Source: Candidatus Krumholzibacteriia bacterium (GTDB taxonomy: Bacteria; Krumholzibacteriota; Krumholzibacteriia; LZORAL124-64-63). From it: a stretch of 64,000 bases of DNA. Made by a program: the position numbers and the translations under genes. This document shows positions 22,238 to 32,611 of the stretch, piece after piece. The first letter of the stretch is position 1. The number at the start of each line of letters is the position of its first letter. The notes beneath the pieces were generated by a model that ran no database searches, was not told the origin of the DNA, and worked only from the letters and a program-made list of their open reading frames with translations. The stretch is taken from contig JBFXKG010000007.1 of NCBI GenBank assembly GCA_050174015.1, positions 64,001-128,000 on the forward strand, given 5' to 3'.

Positions 22238-24094
22238 ATGTTCTGCAAGCTGCCCCTGGTTCGATCGTCCGGGTTCGCCCGGCTGCTGTCCCTCGGTCTT
22301 CCGGCCGCCTTCCTGATCGGGCTGCTGGCCTTCGCGGGCTGCGGCAAGGGCGGGGACAAGGCCGCCGACCAGGCCGAGGACGTGGTGCTGGCCGAGGTGG
22401 GGAACGCCAAGGTCATGGCGAGCGAATACGAGCGCCGCCTCGCCAAGCAGGAGCTGAAGGACCTGCCGCTGGGGGAAGACGGCGCCACCCTGGACATGGG
22501 CGGCCTGGAGGGCAAGCGCGCGTTCCTGGAGACCCTGATCAACAAGGAGCTGATGCGGCAGAAGGCCATCCAGCTGGGTTACCCCAACGAACCGAAGATC
22601 GCCGGCGCCCGGGCCTCGCTCACCGATTACCATTCCGGACTGGCCCTCTGGGAGAAGGCGATCGCCGAGCCGTCCGGCACCATCAGCGTGGAGGAGCTCC
22701 AGGACTTCTACGACAAGATGGACGCCACCCGGCATTGCCGGTACCTGATCACCAACTTCCTCGAGGACGCCCAGAAGGCCAGGACCATGGCCATGGGCGG
22801 GGCCGACTGGGACGACGTGGCCGCCGAGTACCATGACGGCGAGATCCCTCCCACCGGCAAGTTCGAGATCGAGGTGCCCTTCGGGCGCTACGGGACCGAT
22901 TTCGAGGACCCCATCTTCGCCGCGGAGATCGGTGATATCACCGAGCCCATCCTGACCTCCTACGGCTACTGGGTCGTGAGCGTCGACGAGGAGACCCGGC
23001 TGAAGCCCGGCAAGAAGCCGGACCTGGAGGCCTCCAAGGCGCAGATCCTGGACACCACCTACAACCGCAAGCTCGCCAAGGCCCGCAACGACTTCCAGGA
23101 GGAGCTGCGCGCCAAGTACAAGCTGACCATCGACGAGGACGCCCTGTGGATCTGCTACCAGGGCCTGCCCGCGGACGAGGTGATCCTCGACCCGGAGACC
23201 AACCAGCCCGTGCCCCAGGAGGAGCTCAAGCCCCTGGACATCAAACCGGCGGACTTCGACATGCCCTTCTACTCCTACGAGGCCGAGGGCGAGGTCAAGG
23301 CCTACACCCTGGGCGACTACAAGGTCATCTTCGACCGCATGAACGTGTTCCAGCGTCCCAAGAAGAACGAGTTCCTGGGCGGCCTGCGCCAGAAGATCAA
23401 GACCGAGCTGGACAAGGCCCTGGTGAACCTGGAGGCCAAGGCCCGCAACCTCGCCGAGGATCCCGACGTGGCCTTCCAGATCAACGAGAAGATGGACGAG
23501 ATCATGATCACCAAGCTCTTCAACGAGGTGGTCAAGTATGACGAGCGGGTGACCCCCGAGGATCTGGACGCCTTCTGGGCCGAACATTCCGGCGATTACG
23601 TGGTTCCCCCGTCCCGGAACGGCCGGATGGTGGTCTGCCGCGACCGGGCCGATGCGGACAAGGCCTTCGCCGCGGCGATGGAAGGTGTCGCCTGGCGCGA
23701 GCTGCTGGTCCAGTACGGCACCGACCGCGACAACAAGGCCGTGGCCGGCCGCCTCGAGGCCGTCAAGGAGACGGCCACCGGTCCGGTCCGCGACGCACTG
23801 TTCGCCCTGGCCGAGGGTGAGATCTCCGAACCGGTGGACCTGGGTGACGGCCGCTTCGCCGTGGTCCGTTTCGAGAACGAGATCCCCGGACGCTCGGTGG
23901 AGCTTCGGGAGGTGACCGAGGAGGTCGGCAAGCGCATCAAGAAGATCCGGCAGGAGGAGGCCTTCCAGGCGCTTCTGGTCAAGTGGCGCGAGGAATTCCC
24001 CGTCACCGTCCACGAGGAGAACCTGGCGGATCTGGCCAGCTGGGATGAACTGACACGGGTCGAGACCCCCGAGAATCTCGTTCCGCGCAACTAG
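22238..24094 (+). CDS. Lipoprotein peptidyl-prolyl isomerase/chaperone (PrsA/PpiC-like, two parvulin regions)
   Basis: Lipobox FAGC; VLAEV, two rotamase-like segments (GDITEPI.T.YGY; GEISEPV); lies between mfd and surA. Confidence 0.7.
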   Translation: MFCKLPLVRSSGFARLLSLGLPAAFLIGLLAFAGCGKGGDKAADQAEDVVLAEVGNAKVMASEYERRLAKQELKDLPLGEDGATLDMGGLEGKRAFLETLINKELMRQKAIQLGYPNEPKIAGARASLTDYHSGLALWEKAIAEPSGTISVEELQDFYDKMDATRHCRYLITNFLEDAQKARTMAMGGADWDDVAAEYHDGEIPPTGKFEIEVPFGRYGTDFEDPIFAAEIGDITEPILTSYGYWVVSVDEETRLKPGKKPDLEASKAQILDTTYNRKLAKARNDFQEELRAKYKLTIDEDALWICYQGLPADEVILDPETNQPVPQEELKPLDIKPADFDMPFYSYEAEGEVKAYTLGDYKVIFDRMNVFQRPKKNEFLGGLRQKIKTELDKALVNLEAKARNLAEDPDVAFQINEKMDEIMITKLFNEVVKYDERVTPEDLDAFWAEHSGDYVVPPSRNGRMVVCRDRADADKAFAAAMEGVAWRELLVQYGTDRDNKAVAGRLEAVKETATGPVRDALFALAEGEISEPVDLGDGRFAVVRFENEIPGRSVELREVTEEVGKRIKKIRQEEAFQALLVKWREEFPVTVHEENLADLASWDELTRVETPENLVPRN

Positions 24095-24107
24095 GAACGA
24101 AAAGGGA

Positions 24108-25448
24108 ATGACGATGGACAACGCCCGCAAGGGAATCCCCGGCCCCCTGGTCCTGGCCGCAGCCGCGGCGCTCGCGCTCGCTGTTGCGGCCGGCCCGGTC
24201 CACGCCCAGGACCAGGGGCCGCTGCTGGTCGACCGCATCGTGGCCATCGTGGACGAGGAGGCCATCCTGCAGAGCGATCTGGACCGCGAGCTGGAGCTCT
24301 ACCGCATGGACCTGGAGTACCAGGGGCAGGAGATCCCCGCCGACATGACCCGGGTGCGGGAGGAGCTCCTGCAGCGACTGATCGAGAGCAAGCTGATCAT
24401 CGCGGCCGCCAAGCAGGCCGACATGACCGTCGACGAGGACGCCATCAGCCAGAGCGTCGAGGAGAAGATCCAGCAGTTCGTCGAGCACTTCGGTTCCCTG
24501 GAGAACCTGGAGAACGAGCTGCGCAAGAACGGCATGACCCTGGGCGACTACCGCGCCCGCATGCGCTCGCAGCTTCGCGACCAGCAGTACCTTCGCCTGG
24601 TCGTGGGCAAGTTCATCCGCCCGGACGTCGAGGTCCTCGAGAACGAGGTCAGGGACTATTACCTGGCCCACCTGGACGAGATGCCGGCCGACCCGGACAG
24701 CCTGACCATCGCCGACATCCTGGTCACGGTGCAGCCGTCGCTGGAGGTGCGCCAGGAGGTCCAGGGCCAGGTCACCGCCATCCAGCAGGCCCTGGCGGCC
24801 GGGCGCGACTTCGCCGACGTTGCCCGCGAGTTCTCGCGCGGTCCGGCAGCCTCCCGTGGGGGACGCATCGGCTCCTTCGGGCCCGGCGAACTCTTCGACC
24901 CCGCCCTGAACAACGCGGCCTTCAAGCTGCCCGTCGGACAGGTCAGCGAACCCGTCGTCAGCGCCCGCGGCGTGCACCTGGTGCGGGTGGACGCGGTGGA
25001 GGAGGACGGCCGCCGCACCCTCAGCCAGATCTTCCTGCCGATCACCGTGACCCAGGAGGACATCGACCGGGCCGAACAGAAGATCCGGACGGCCCGGGAC
25101 AGGATCGTCGCCGGCGAGGCTTTCAGCCTGGTGGCGGCCGAGGTCAGCGAGGACCCCGGCTCCGCCCGCAACGGCGGCGTGCTGGGCACCTTCTCGCTGG
25201 ACGACCTGTCCAGCCAGTTCCAGGAGGTCCTGCAGGGCGCGGAGGTGGGGATGGTCACCGACCCCGTCCTGACCCCCGCCGGCTGGTACGTCTTCAAGGT
25301 CCTGGACCGCACTCCCGGCCACATGTACACCTTCGACGAGCTGAAGGAGAACCTGCGGCAGGTGGTCGAGAACCAGAAGATCGAGGCGGCGCTCGCCAAG
25401 TACGTCGAGGGGCTTCGGTCCCGGTTCTTCATCGATCTGAAGGGATAG
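24108..25448 (+). CDS. surA: Periplasmic chaperone SurA
   Basis: DRIVAIVD.E.IL.SD N-domain and two parvulin domains (F..VAREFS..P....GG; S.DPGSA.NGG.LG). Confidence 0.85.
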   Translation: MTMDNARKGIPGPLVLAAAAALALAVAAGPVHAQDQGPLLVDRIVAIVDEEAILQSDLDRELELYRMDLEYQGQEIPADMTRVREELLQRLIESKLIIAAAKQADMTVDEDAISQSVEEKIQQFVEHFGSLENLENELRKNGMTLGDYRARMRSQLRDQQYLRLVVGKFIRPDVEVLENEVRDYYLAHLDEMPADPDSLTIADILVTVQPSLEVRQEVQGQVTAIQQALAAGRDFADVAREFSRGPAASRGGRIGSFGPGELFDPALNNAAFKLPVGQVSEPVVSARGVHLVRVDAVEEDGRRTLSQIFLPITVTQEDIDRAEQKIRTARDRIVAGEAFSLVAAEVSEDPGSARNGGVLGTFSLDDLSSQFQEVLQGAEVGMVTDPVLTPAGWYVFKVLDRTPGHMYTFDELKENLRQVVENQKIEAALAKYVEGLRSRFFIDLKG

Positions 25449-25624
25449 TCAAGAGCGATACCCCTCCATCGGGCTCTGGTCCTCGGGCGCGGTTGTTCAC
25501 CGATCTGAAGGGAATGTCAAGAGCGATACCCCTCCATCGGGCTCTGTTCCTCGGGCGCGGTTGTTCACCGATCTGAAGGGAATGTCAAGAGCGATACCCC
25601 TCCATCGGGCTCTGGTCCTCGGGC
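25422..25624. repeat. Tandem repeat, 68-bp period, about 3 copies, starting inside the surA 3' end
   Basis: CGATCTGAAGGGA recurs at 25433, 25501 and 25569, each followed by GTCAAGAGCGATACCCCTCCATCGGGCTCTG. Confidence 0.95.
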
Positions 25625-25838
25625 TTCGCCCTGCGGATGAGCCCGATGAAGGGGTATCGCTCTTCATTTCCCATCAAATCCTTGCCCACCCGATGTGACC
25701 AGGGCGAAGGTCGTCGGTGGATTCGCCATCGTGCCTTCATTGGCTCGAAGGAATACCGGAAGCAATGAAGGACATCTCATTCCAGGCTCATCCGCAGGGC
25801 GAAGCCCGAGGACCAGAGCCTGGATTGAGATGTCCTTC
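25578..25838. repeat. Pair of inverted REP-like long hairpins (BIME/REPIN-like)
   Basis: Hairpins at ~25578-25672 and ~25767-25838 share an identical 34-nt core (GCTCTGGTCCTCGGGCTTCGCCCTGCGGATGAGC) in opposite orientation, with different outer stems. Confidence 0.85.
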
Positions 25839-25839
25839 T

Positions 25840-27294
25840 TTACTTCTTGCCCAGATCTTCGATCAACGAAGGCAGCCAGGGGAAGGCCTCCGCCACCGCG
25901 GCTGCGTTGGCCGTGAAGGCGGCCATGGCGTCCTGGCGGCGGGACTGCCAGAGCAGGGCGACCCACGCGCGCAGGGCCTTGTCGGCCGTCTCCTGATCCA
26001 GGTCGATGGTCATCTCCACGTCCCGGCCCAGGGCCAGGGCGCAGGTCAGCAGGCCCAGGGCGGCCCCCGAATCGGCGGCGGCCCCGCGGGCCAGCAGGTC
26101 GAAGGCGGCCTCGATCCGTCCGGCTCCGATGAGGGCGCGCGCCAGCGGTTCCAGGGCGTCCGGGTTCCGTTCGAGGTGGGGGCGCACGAAGCCATGCAGG
26201 TCCGCCTGGGGCGTGAAGACGGCGACCGCCAGTAGGGCCTCCGGATCGCGGGGACCGAGGGCGGCGGCCTCCTGGGCCAGCGCGGCGGCGGTCTGCAGGT
26301 CGCCCTTGCCCGCGGCGACGCGGCACATCCCCATGACCGGACGCACCCCCGGGATGGGGTTCTCGACTCCGCCGGGGGCGAGGCAGGCCCGGTAGGCGAG
26401 GGCCGCCTCGTCCAGCCGGCCCAGCTCCTCCAGCCACATGCCCCGCCGCAGGTGCCAGGCCCCGGTCGGCCGCACCAGGCCGGCGCGCGCATCGAGCCAG
26501 TTCAGGGCCGCGGCGGGTTCGGCGAGCAGGCCCTGGGCGATCAGCGCGGCCAGCTCTCCGCTCCAGTGACGCTCCCTGAGATCCTCGTCCCGAACCCGGT
26601 CCAGCGCCCGGGAAGCCTTGAGGGCGGCCTGTTTCCAGGTCCCCTGATCGTTCCAGAAGCGGGCCTGCTCCAGCAGCTTGAACCAGCTGTAGAGGTCGTC
26701 GGGGTCGTCGCGGACCGCGGCCTCGAGCAGCCGCATGTCCCGTTCCTGCTTGTTGCGGGCGGCGGCGACTTCCCGGACGTAGCCGAGGTGGCGCACGACC
26801 CCGGTCAGGCGAACCAGCCGGCGGCCGGTCCGTTTCAGGTAGTCCCGGACGCCGTCGCCGGAATCCTCGTGGATGCGGTGCCGGAACCGGATGCCGGGAT
26901 CGTTGCGGAACAGGCGCAGCAGGTCGGCTTCCTGCACCTGGCCGTCGGGCCATTCGTTGCGCATGACCACCGTGGCGGCGCCGGCCCGGTCGTCGTCCAG
27001 CAGGTCGCGGATCTGGCCGGCCAACTGCTTGCCCGGCCGCTCATCGGCGTCGAGGAAGAGGATCCAGTCCCCGGTCGCCTCGGCGAGGCCGGCGTTGCGG
27101 GCGGCCGCGAAGTCGTCCCCCCAGGCGAAGGGGATCACCCGGGCCCCGGCGTCCTCAAGGATGGCCGCGGTGCGGTCGTCCGACCCGGTATCGACGGCCA
27201 CCAGCTCGTCCCACAGTCCGTGGGCCGCCGCCAGGAACCCCGGCAGCATGTCCTGCTCGTTGCGGACGATCATGCAGAGGCTCAGGCGGGCCAT
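25840..27294 (-). CDS. GT2 glycosyltransferase with C-terminal TPR region
   Basis: LSLCMIVRNE, VDTGS.D.T, DFAAARN, WILFLDADE, RLFRN, IHE, HLGY. Confidence 0.92.
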   Translation of the reverse strand: MARLSLCMIVRNEQDMLPGFLAAAHGLWDELVAVDTGSDDRTAAILEDAGARVIPFAWGDDFAAARNAGLAEATGDWILFLDADERPGKQLAGQIRDLLDDDRAGAATVVMRNEWPDGQVQEADLLRLFRNDPGIRFRHRIHEDSGDGVRDYLKRTGRRLVRLTGVVRHLGYVREVAAARNKQERDMRLLEAAVRDDPDDLYSWFKLLEQARFWNDQGTWKQAALKASRALDRVRDEDLRERHWSGELAALIAQGLLAEPAAALNWLDARAGLVRPTGAWHLRRGMWLEELGRLDEAALAYRACLAPGGVENPIPGVRPVMGMCRVAAGKGDLQTAAALAQEAAALGPRDPEALLAVAVFTPQADLHGFVRPHLERNPDALEPLARALIGAGRIEAAFDLLARGAAADSGAALGLLTCALALGRDVEMTIDLDQETADKALRAWVALLWQSRRQDAMAAFTANAAAVAEAFPWLPSLIEDLGKK

Positions 27295-27467
27295 GGCTGC
27301 TCCGGGGACCGGGGGCTCGAGGGACGGGTGCGATCCGGCCATTATGGTCACGGCGGCACGGATTCTGCAAGACCGGGGGCGACCTGAACCGGCGCAGGAT
27401 CCGGCATCCTCGAGGGACCGGCCCCTGCACGCCCCAGACAGCCCGGGAGATGGCGTTGAATACCGAC

Positions 27468-28259
27468 ATGAACCTGGCTCCGGGGCCCCTGGACTCCCGG
27501 ACCATCATCAGCTTCAACCGCGTGAACCTGGCCTACAAGGACCAGAACGCCCTGTCGGAGGTGTCGTTCAACGTCACCAACGGCGAGTTCATGTGCCTGA
27601 CCGGCCCCAGCGGCGCCGGCAAGAGCAGCATCCTGCGCCTGATCAGCATGGACGCCTTCCCCACCGGGGGCCAGGTGCGCGTGCGGGGCATGATGTCCTC
27701 GAAGATGAACCGGCGCAAGATCCCCCAGCTGAGGCGGGAGATCGGCTTCGTGTTCCAGGACTTCCGGCTGCTGGATGACCGCAGCGTCGAGGATAACGTG
27801 GCCTTTGCACAACTCGTTGTGGGCGTACCACATAAAAGGATCGCGGAGAACGTCGCACGGGTCCTGAACAACGTGGGATTGTGGGGGAAGCGGCACCGCC
27901 TGCCCCACCAGCTGAGCGGCGGGGAGCAGCAGCGGGTGGCCATCGCCCGGGCCATGGTGAACAGCCCCAAGATCCTGCTGGCCGACGAGCCCACGGGCAA
28001 CCTGGATCCGCGCACCGCCCAGGACATCATCAACCTGCTGTTCCGGTTCAACGACGCCGGCACCTGCGTGATCTTCAGCACCCACGACCACGAGATCGTC
28101 AAGTCCTTCGGCCGCAGGGTGATCGTGCTCGAGGACGGCCGGATCGTCTCGGACAAGCAGCGCCAGGGCATCGTGGACCGCAGCGTGAATCTCGCCGACC
28201 GGATGTACCGGGCCGACCTCGATGCCGACGTGCCCAGGAAGGAACCCGCCCATGCTTAG
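27468..28259 (+). CDS. ftsE: Cell division ABC ATPase FtsE
   Basis: GPSGAGKS, VFQDFRLL, LSGGEQQRVAIARA, LADEPTGNLD; upstream of ftsX; start may be 27450. Confidence 0.93.
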   Translation: MNLAPGPLDSRTIISFNRVNLAYKDQNALSEVSFNVTNGEFMCLTGPSGAGKSSILRLISMDAFPTGGQVRVRGMMSSKMNRRKIPQLRREIGFVFQDFRLLDDRSVEDNVAFAQLVVGVPHKRIAENVARVLNNVGLWGKRHRLPHQLSGGEQQRVAIARAMVNSPKILLADEPTGNLDPRTAQDIINLLFRFNDAGTCVIFSTHDHEIVKSFGRRVIVLEDGRIVSDKQRQGIVDRSVNLADRMYRADLDADVPRKEPAHA

Positions 28260-29139
28260 CCGATCCCAGGCCGGATACCTCGTCCGGGAGTCCTTCGCGG
28301 GCTTCGGGCGGCGGAAGTTGACCACCGGTGTCACCATTCTGATCATGGGTTCGTCCCTGCTGGTGCTCGCGGTGCTCACCCTGGCCACCCTGAACCTGAG
28401 CAACCTGCTGGAAACCGCCCGCAGCGGCATCGACCTGCGCGTCTTCCTCGAGGACGGGATCGGCCGCGAGGACGCCGCCGAGCTGCAGCCCCACCTGGTG
28501 GCCATTCCGGGGGTTGAGCAGGCGGTCTGGATCTCCGCCGAGGACGCCCTGGAGGAGTTCCGGACGACCCTGGGCGAAGACGCCGCCGTCCTGGAGATGC
28601 TGGACTCGAATCCCCTGCCCGCCTCGTTCCACCTGACGCTCACGCCCGAGGCCCGCAACCTGACCGCCGTGGGCGCCATCCGGGCCGAGGCCGCCCGCTG
28701 GCCCCAGGTGGCCGAGATCATCTACAACCAGGACTGGATCGACGTCCTGGAGCGCTGGACGTTCCGGTTCCAGATGGTCAGCCTGGCGGTGGGGCTGGTC
28801 GTGTTCCTGGCGGCCATCTTCGTGATCTCCAACACGGTCAAACTCACCATCGCCTCCAGCGCCCGGCTGATCCAGATCCAGAAGCTGGTGGGGGCGACCA
28901 ACGCCTTCATCCGCACCCCCTTCCTGTGCGAGGGGATGATCCAGGGCCTGCTGGCCGGCTCGCTGGCCATGGGGCTGCTGGCGGTGGGCTTCTGGTTCCT
29001 GAAGGAGAACCTCGAGGGCCTGGTGCCCTTCACCCCGGCCCAGATGGGCGGATTCGTCCTGCTGTGCATGTTCCTGGGCCTGGCCGGCAGCTGGGCGGCC
29101 ATGCGCAAGTACCTGACCCTGCAGAGCGAGACGGCATGA
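28252..29139 (+). CDS. ftsX: Cell division permease FtsX
   Basis: NPLPAS, ISNTVKLTI, KLVGAT..FIR.PFL.EG; 4 TM. Confidence 0.93.
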   Translation: MLSRSQAGYLVRESFAGFGRRKLTTGVTILIMGSSLLVLAVLTLATLNLSNLLETARSGIDLRVFLEDGIGREDAAELQPHLVAIPGVEQAVWISAEDALEEFRTTLGEDAAVLEMLDSNPLPASFHLTLTPEARNLTAVGAIRAEAARWPQVAEIIYNQDWIDVLERWTFRFQMVSLAVGLVVFLAAIFVISNTVKLTIASSARLIQIQKLVGATNAFIRTPFLCEGMIQGLLAGSLAMGLLAVGFWFLKENLEGLVPFTPAQMGGFVLLCMFLGLAGSWAAMRKYLTLQSETA

Positions 29140-30347
29140 CCGGCGCCAGAGGACCTGCCGGCCGGTTCCTGCGGCCCGCGTTCCTGTGGGCGGTGGCAGG
29201 ATGCCTGATCGTGGCGGCGGCCGCGGCCGGCGATGGGCCGGACCAGGTGCAGTCCGCCATCGACCAGAACAGCGCCAAGCTGGCCGAGCTGCGGGCGAAG
29301 ATCGAACGGAGCCGCAAGCAGATCGCCGCCCTGGACGACCGTGAGGCCGAGGTTCGTCGCGGCTACGAGGAGATCCTGCAGGAGATCGAACTGTCCGGGA
29401 CCCTCCTGTCCCAGATGGCCGAGCGCGAGCGCACCCTCGTGGAGCAGTCCCAGCTGCTGGAGTCCGACCTCTCGGTCAGCCGCCGGGCCTACGAATCCCG
29501 CAAGGAGATCCTGGCCCGCAACCTCCGGTCCATGTACCTGCGCCAGGATCGCAGCCCCCTCGAGGGGATGCTCACCGCGGGCAGCTTCTCCAACCTGGTC
29601 GCGAGGGCGCGCATGAGCCGGATGCTGGCCCGCCTCGAGGCCTCGATGGTGGAGTCCACCCTCGAGCAGGCCCGCCTGATCATCGAGGAGAACAAGCAGC
29701 TGGACTCGGCCCTGGCCGAGATCCACCGCTCGCGCGAGGACATGGCCCTGGAGAACGGCCGGATGGAGATGCTGATGGCCGAGCAGCAGGCCGCCCTGCG
29801 GGAACTGGACGACGAACGCAAGGACCTCAGGAACAGCCTGCTGGAGCTGAACCTCAACGAGCAGAAGCTCAACTACATCCTGGCGGATCTGGAGGAGCAG
29901 CGGACCACCGTGCCCGCGGTTCCGGTTCCCGAGGGGACCGAACTGGTCGGGTTGACGGGCAACCTCGAATGGCCGGCCCGGGGCCAGGTCATCCGGAGCT
30001 TCGGACGATCGGTCCATCCCCGGTACCAGACCGTGACCATGAACAACGGCATCAACATCGCCGGGCAGGTGGGCGCCCCGGTGGCGGCCGTGGCCGCCGG
30101 CAACGTGGAATTCTGTGACCAGTTGCCCGGGTTCGGCCGATGCGTTATCCTTGACCACGGCGCAGGGTACTACACCCTGTACGCGTATCTGGATCGCGCC
30201 TTCGTGGCCCCCGGCGCCGCCGTGGCCCGCGGCCAGGTCATCGCCGAGGTGGGACGGCCCGCGCAGGGCGAAGAGCCGCAGCTCTACTTCGAGGTCCGCC
30301 AGGGCCGGACGCCCCTGGATCCGGGGGACTGGCTGCGGCCCCGCTGA
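29136..30347 (+). CDS. envC: Murein hydrolase activator EnvC (coiled coil + degenerate M23)
   Basis: Long coiled coil, WP..G.VI..FG, NNGINI, ILDHG..YYTLYAYL, LYFEVR; follows ftsEX. Confidence 0.88.
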   Translation: MTGARGPAGRFLRPAFLWAVAGCLIVAAAAAGDGPDQVQSAIDQNSAKLAELRAKIERSRKQIAALDDREAEVRRGYEEILQEIELSGTLLSQMAERERTLVEQSQLLESDLSVSRRAYESRKEILARNLRSMYLRQDRSPLEGMLTAGSFSNLVARARMSRMLARLEASMVESTLEQARLIIEENKQLDSALAEIHRSREDMALENGRMEMLMAEQQAALRELDDERKDLRNSLLELNLNEQKLNYILADLEEQRTTVPAVPVPEGTELVGLTGNLEWPARGQVIRSFGRSVHPRYQTVTMNNGINIAGQVGAPVAAVAAGNVEFCDQLPGFGRCVILDHGAGYYTLYAYLDRAFVAPGAAVARGQVIAEVGRPAQGEEPQLYFEVRQGRTPLDPGDWLRPR

Positions 30348-30414
30348 TCCCGGCGAACCCGGCGTCCGCGATCCCAGTCGAGGCGCGCCTGGACCGCCTC
30401 CCGGGAGCAGGATC

Positions 30415-31692
30415 TTGGCACTGGACTTCTTTCCCCACCGCCCCGAACTGCTGGCCAGGCTCGAGCGCATCCGTGCGGTCGGGCGCCTGGGCCAGCCCCT
30501 GCTGCTGGTGGGGCCCGAGGGCGCCGGCAAGGAGACCACCGCGCTGGAGTTCGCCCGCCGGCTGAACTGCGTCGCCCCGGACGCGTGCTCGGCGGCCGCC
30601 CCCTGCGAGAGCTGCGCCAAGGCCGCCACCTTCCAGCATCCGGACATCAGGTGGATCGGGCCCGCACCGGCCAATTTCGACGAATCCCGCGCGGCCGAAC
30701 TGCTGGCCGCGAAGGTCCGCAACCCCTTCTTCCAGCCGCATTACGCCTCCACCGCGAACGTCAGCATCGGCGACCAGGAGAACCCCGGGCCCATGGCGGT
30801 GCGGTCGCTGATCCAGTTCCTGCAGCGCCGGGCCTTCCAGGGCAGGGTCAAGGTGGCCGTGGTGGCCGACAGCCAGCGCCTGAACGCCGCGGCGGGCAAC
30901 GCCTTCCTCAAGACCCTCGAGGAACCGCCGGCCGATGCGATCATCCTCCTGCTGGCCACCGAGACCCAGGGCATGCTGCCGACCATCCTCAGCCGTTGCC
31001 AGGAGATCCAGGTGCACCCGTGGCCGCCGGACCGGCTGGCCGCCCTGCTGGGCGACCTGACCGGCTGCGCTCCCCGGGAGGCCGAGGACGCCGCCCGCGT
31101 GGCCGACGGCAACGCACGCAGGGCCATGGCCCTGTTGCAGGACATCTCCCCGGTGGTGCGCGAGGTGGCCGTGACCTGGGGCCGCTGGATCCTCGAAGGG
31201 AAGCGGGGCAGCGCGGCCATCCTGGCCGACCAGATGCACCGGGGGGCGCCGCCGCACTTCCTGAGTCCGGCCCAGGCCGCGGTCTGGAAGCAGCACGGCA
31301 AGGAGGGCGGGGGACGCCGCGCGGCCGACGACGATGGCGGCGAAAGCGAAGGCGGGGGCGGTGGCCGGGAGGCGGCCTCGGGCTCGGCCGTGCGCCGGGA
31401 CCTGGCCAATCAGCTATGCGAATGGCTGGTCCTGCTCTACAGTGAGATCCTCAGGTGCCGCGAATGGGCCGGGCGGTGGGAATGCCGCCTGCCCGGGGCG
31501 GAGGACTTCATCAGGGCGGCCGCGGTCGCCCGCACCACCGAATCCCTGCTGGCGGACGTCGCCTTGATCGAGTCCGCCCGCGAAGACATAGACCGGAACC
31601 TCAACATCGGGCTGCTGCTCGCGGTGCTCGGTGAAGGACTGATAGATCATGCCGAGAAGGACCAGACCCGAGTCCGGGCCGCCCGATCCTAG
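30415..31692 (+). CDS. holB: DNA polymerase III delta' subunit
   Basis: GPEGAGK, Zn-cluster C..C...C..C, HPDI, NAFLKTLEEPP, LPTILSRC; TTG start is an estimate. Confidence 0.88.
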   Translation: MALDFFPHRPELLARLERIRAVGRLGQPLLLVGPEGAGKETTALEFARRLNCVAPDACSAAAPCESCAKAATFQHPDIRWIGPAPANFDESRAAELLAAKVRNPFFQPHYASTANVSIGDQENPGPMAVRSLIQFLQRRAFQGRVKVAVVADSQRLNAAAGNAFLKTLEEPPADAIILLLATETQGMLPTILSRCQEIQVHPWPPDRLAALLGDLTGCAPREAEDAARVADGNARRAMALLQDISPVVREVAVTWGRWILEGKRGSAAILADQMHRGAPPHFLSPAQAAVWKQHGKEGGGRRAADDDGGESEGGGGGREAASGSAVRRDLANQLCEWLVLLYSEILRCREWAGRWECRLPGAEDFIRAAAVARTTESLLADVALIESAREDIDRNLNIGLLLAVLGEGLIDHAEKDQTRVRAARS

Positions 31693-32611
31693 CCTGCGCC
31701 TGAGGCCCAGACGCGAACCTCCCCGTGAGATCCCCGAGGGCGTGGACCTGGTGATGGTCCGGTTCAAGGGCAACCGCAAGGCCTGCTACCACAACCGGCG
31801 CGGGATCGAGCTCCAGGTCGGGCAGTACTGCATCGTGGAGGCCGACCGGGGACGGGACCTGGGCCGGGTGACCTACGTCGGTCCGGGCAAGCCGGAGTGG
31901 TGGGCCGCCGCCCAGGACCAGGGCGTGCTGCAGGCGGCCGGTGCGGCCGACCTGGCGCGCATGCACGAGAACCGCGGGGACGAGTGGGGCTTCTACGACA
32001 TCTGCCGGGAGAAGATCCAGGCCCGCAAGCTGAAGATGCAGCTGGTGTCGGTCGAGCGGCAGTTCGACCACAAGAAGATCACCTTCTACTTCACGGCGGA
32101 GAAACGCGTGGACTTCCGCCAGCTCGTGCGCGACCTGGCCGCGGTGTTCCGCACCCGCATCGAGCTGCGCCAGATCGGGGTGCGCGACGAGGCCCGCCTG
32201 AAGGGCGGCATGGGGATCTGCGGCCGCGAGTTCTGCTGCTCCAGCTTCCTGCAGGACTTCGTGCCGGTCACCCTGAAGATGGCCAAGATCCAGCAGCTGC
32301 CCCTGAACCCCGGCAAGCTGAGCGGCCCCTGCGGCCGCCTGCGCTGCTGCATGAACTACGAGCACACCGTCTACCAGGACCTGACCCGCTCCCTGCCCAA
32401 GGTGGGCGCCCGCGTGCGCACCCCCGAGGGGCCGGGCCGGGTGCGCAAGCTCGACCTGCTGCGGGAATCCTGCACCGTCGAGGTCGAGGGCCGCGACGGG
32501 ATCGTGGAGTTTCCGGCCAGCAAGCTGAAGTGGGAGCGAGGGCAGGAGCTGCCGCAGCCGCGGGAAGCGGACGGGGGAGAGTGCGGGGGATGTGCGCGGC
32601 GGCCGTCGTGA
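31649..32611 (+). CDS. ricT: PSP1-domain protein (RicT/YaaT)
   Basis: IVEADRG.DLG, FYFTAEKRVDFRQLV, RIELRQIGVRDEA, G.CGREFCC, KLSG.CGRL.CC. Confidence 0.9.
   Translation: MPRRTRPESGPPDPSLRLRPRREPPREIPEGVDLVMVRFKGNRKACYHNRRGIELQVGQYCIVEADRGRDLGRVTYVGPGKPEWWAAAQDQGVLQAAGAADLARMHENRGDEWGFYDICREKIQARKLKMQLVSVERQFDHKKITFYFTAEKRVDFRQLVRDLAAVFRTRIELRQIGVRDEARLKGGMGICGREFCCSSFLQDFVPVTLKMAKIQQLPLNPGKLSGPCGRLRCCMNYEHTVYQDLTRSLPKVGARVRTPEGPGRVRKLDLLRESCTVEVEGRDGIVEFPASKLKWERGQELPQPREADGGECGGCARRPS

Noticed and set aside
25422..25624. 68-bp periodic repeat as a CRISPR array
   Set aside because: Whole units are near-identical with no unique spacers, and no cas genes are present.
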